From: Camelus dromedarius
Taxonomy: Eukaryota
Direction of reading: 5' to 3'
DNA length: 64,000 nt
Assembly: GCF_036321535.1 (NCBI RefSeq)
Contig: NC_087436.1
Coordinates: forward strand, 29,018,001-29,082,000
In this document: positions 61,507 through 64,000 of the stretch, in pieces
How the letters are laid out: the number at the start of each line of letters is the position of its first letter
Numbering within the stretch: position 1 is the stretch's first letter
Made by a program: the position numbers and the translations under genes
Notes under the pieces: model-generated
Told to the model about the DNA's origin: nothing
The model's database searches: none
Seen by the model: only the letters and a program-made list of their open reading frames with translations

Positions 61507-62834
61507 ACAGTGGGCGTGATTTCCAAAGAGGCAAGCTCTGGTGCCCTCCAATTTTCCTGTTGTTTCGTTTTACACATTGAACTTTGTGAAATACCACACC
61601 CCTTTCTCTTTTAAACTAAAATCCTTTTTATCTAATCCAGATTCTTCAGGTGAAAAGGAGAAATTTGAGAGCTGAGTAGATTCAGACAGTCACCGAGACA
61701 GGTCAATAATTATCAGTGTAGGGCTGACCTTAGGGAATACTGCCACTGATACATAAGCAGTACTTACTTTGTGTTTATGTTTTCTCCAGTATTTTTTATT
61801 TGTTTGTTGGCTTTGTCCTCTTTGCCACCCTAATTTGTGTGTTTGTCTTAATGCACTCAATTACTTCGCAATTATTGGCCCATGTGTAGCTTATAATTTG
61901 CAAATAGATATGCTTGCTTGCAAATGCTCACATTATTGCTGGACAGTTGTTTTAGAATCATTTGGTTCTCTCGAGCTGATGTGTAAGCATTATTAATTCT
62001 AATATGAAATAAGTAGACAAAGAAATTCAGGGAGAAACTATTTCTTCATATTTATTTTTCTGCTCTTTTCAAGGTCAGTAAAATAAATTCTCTGAAATTG
62101 TATGTTTTAAAAACACTTTGCAATGAAATTTATTGTTCGTTGATGAGAAGTTCTCCAGCATTTGGAAGCCTGAACACTCTTAAACATTTGGGGTTTAAAG
62201 TAGGCATAAACCTGTAGAAACCCAAGGAGACACTGGCTAAATGTATCGAGCTAAGTTTATTTTTTTTAAATAATGGGAAGCTATGAAGAATCTGTTACAG
62301 TAGGAGACTAACCCAAGGTCTCCTTTTTGTTTTGGACAGTGGGCCCCAGGTTTTATCCTCCCTATTTCTGAATAATTTACTCTCCTGGATGGCTTCTGAG
62401 TGAAACAGAAGCTAAGAATGAGTATCTTTTCACCTGAAACAAATACTATGCTTAAGAGCTAACAGAGTCCCATTGGCTATGTCTTCCCCAAAGTTTTTAA
62501 GGACATACTGGTTGAGATCTCAGTCCTTCCCACTGATGCTTCCTGTTGATGCTTAGGTTTAATAAAACATGAGTAAACATCTTCAAGATGCGGATTATTG
62601 CAGTGTAAGTACAGCTGACTTATTTTGCACATTAAGTTAGGGTTTGGGGGGAATGATCATATTTTTAGGCTGTGCTTGCATGGACCTATGTCCTATAATC
62701 TAGGTTTTAAACCCTTTATTTTTATGAACTCACGTTTATTAAATATAGGGCCCTCCAGAAACTAATAACTTGTAATGTGCCATGTAACTTGAATTTGAGA
62801 TGAAAAGTGGCAACACATTTTGGTCGGTTGATTA

Positions 62835-63044
62835 ATTTATTTATTCAACTCAAGAAATGCATACAGAGCACCTACTGTATACCGAAGTGCTTGGGTTACA
62901 TTATGAATAAAATAGAGAAATGGTCTCACTGTGTGTGTGCACACACACACACACACACACACATTAAATAAATAAATAATGAGTATGTTAGAAGGTGAAA
63001 AGTGCCACGGAGACTAGGAAAAGTAGAACAAGTTAAGAGGATCT
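62835..63044 (-). mobile_element. L2 3'-end fragment containing a (TG)5(CA)12 repeat
   Basis: ttattcaactcaagaaatgcatacagagcacctactgtataccg is the antisense L2 tail. Confidence 0.6.
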
Positions 63045-63053
63045 CTTAATTTA

Positions 63054-63183
63054 TTTTTTATTTTTCATTTCCTTTTCAATTTTTTTAAATTGAAGTACAA
63101 TCAGTTACAATGTGTCAATTTCTGGTATACAGCACAATGTCTCAGTCATGCATATACATACATATATTTGTTTTTGTATTCCG
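63054..63183 (-). mobile_element. Very short L1 3'-end insertion
   Basis: A T-rich tail is followed by aattgaagtacaatcagttacaatgtgtcaatttctggtatacagcacaatg, which parallels the reverse complement of the 19.4-kb L1 end. The direct repeat cttaattta flanks it at 63045-63053 and 63184-63192. Confidence 0.8.
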
Positions 63184-64000
63184 CTTAATTTAAAATTAAG
63201 TGTTTTTTCCCTCCTAAATGTGGGAGGGTAATGGAACTCAGACATGAAATAGAGTAAGATATTAGTAAGTGACTGTGGTGGTATTGCCATGAGAGGAGAC
63301 AACAAACACAACATTAGGTTCTTTTTTAAGGTTTCCTTCAGGAGTTGCTTTAAAGTAGACTTCTCATTAACCACTAAATTGAATGTTTTCCCAGTAGGCA
63401 ATTTGCCCCAAATACTAAATTAGTGGGCGAACCACTAAAACAACTCTGTCATTTAATGGCAAGAAGATTTTTAAAGCAAAGGAATTTCTAGATGGGATGT
63501 AGAGTACATTTCTATTTTTTAATTGTTGCTTTTTTTTCCTGCCAGAAACAGAAGGTAGTATTTAAGAATGTGTCGGTGGAGGTAAAATTTTAGTTTAGGA
63601 TATTGAGTTGCCAGCAAGAGACTTCAGAAGAATTTCTTTGCCTCAACAAAACCCTTATCTTCCATGGGGAATAGTTAAACACTAATAAAAGTAAAGGAAT
63701 TAAAAGCAAGGAAAAGTCTAGTTATTGTCATCCCAACAAGTGAGTTTCACATGGAAACTGATAACAAAGGACTTTGCCAAATTTGGCTGCTTTAAGAGCC
63801 TGCCTGCATTGGCCTCTGCAAAAATATGACTTGCATTCAAGTTTCAATGAAAATGCTTAATTGTACTAAATGTCAATCTGATGGGCTCTTCTAAAATGTA
63901 CTGTCTGCCAGTAGTATAGCGTGTTGCCTGTACACAGTTTATAAGGTTTCTCCCAACTCATTCAGTTATATAATCCGACAAGCAGTGGTCTGAGAACAAG

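Noticed and set aside
1..64000. CRISPR arrays, operons, tRNA/rRNA genes or a novel multi-gene system
   Set aside because: This is a single-gene mammalian locus. I saw no repeat-spacer arrays, structural RNA genes or additional credible coding genes.

Overview
This is mammalian genomic DNA containing the complete protocadherin-10 gene (PCDH10, delta-2 protocadherin) on the minus strand. Five coding exons were reconstructed by hand, all with GT-AG boundaries and compatible phases: 45494-48118, 43854-43912, 43152-43258, 34971-35276 and 8101-8120. Spliced together they give a 1038-aa long isoform ending ...KPPYLTRKRIC. Read-through of the exon-1 donor gives an 894-aa short isoform (45434-48118). 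A CpG-rich, probably bidirectional promoter lies at about 48.95-52 kb, with plus-strand splice signals suggesting a spliced divergent lncRNA. The rest is AT-rich intron and flank carrying a young 5'-truncated L1 with a 16-bp TSD, a probable solo ERV LTR, MER53, MIR, L2 and old L1 relics, and a 405-bp pure-purine microsatellite inside a MIR. The L1 3' ends and the absence of recognisable Alu, B1, Bov-tA, PRE1 or Can-SINE elements suggest a camelid, which is an inference only. I found no evidence of a wholly new biological system. The best leads are regulatory: the divergent transcript, a candidate poison exon, a uATG-rich leader, coding G-quadruplexes and an upstream LTR. Most short ORFs in the track are spurious.
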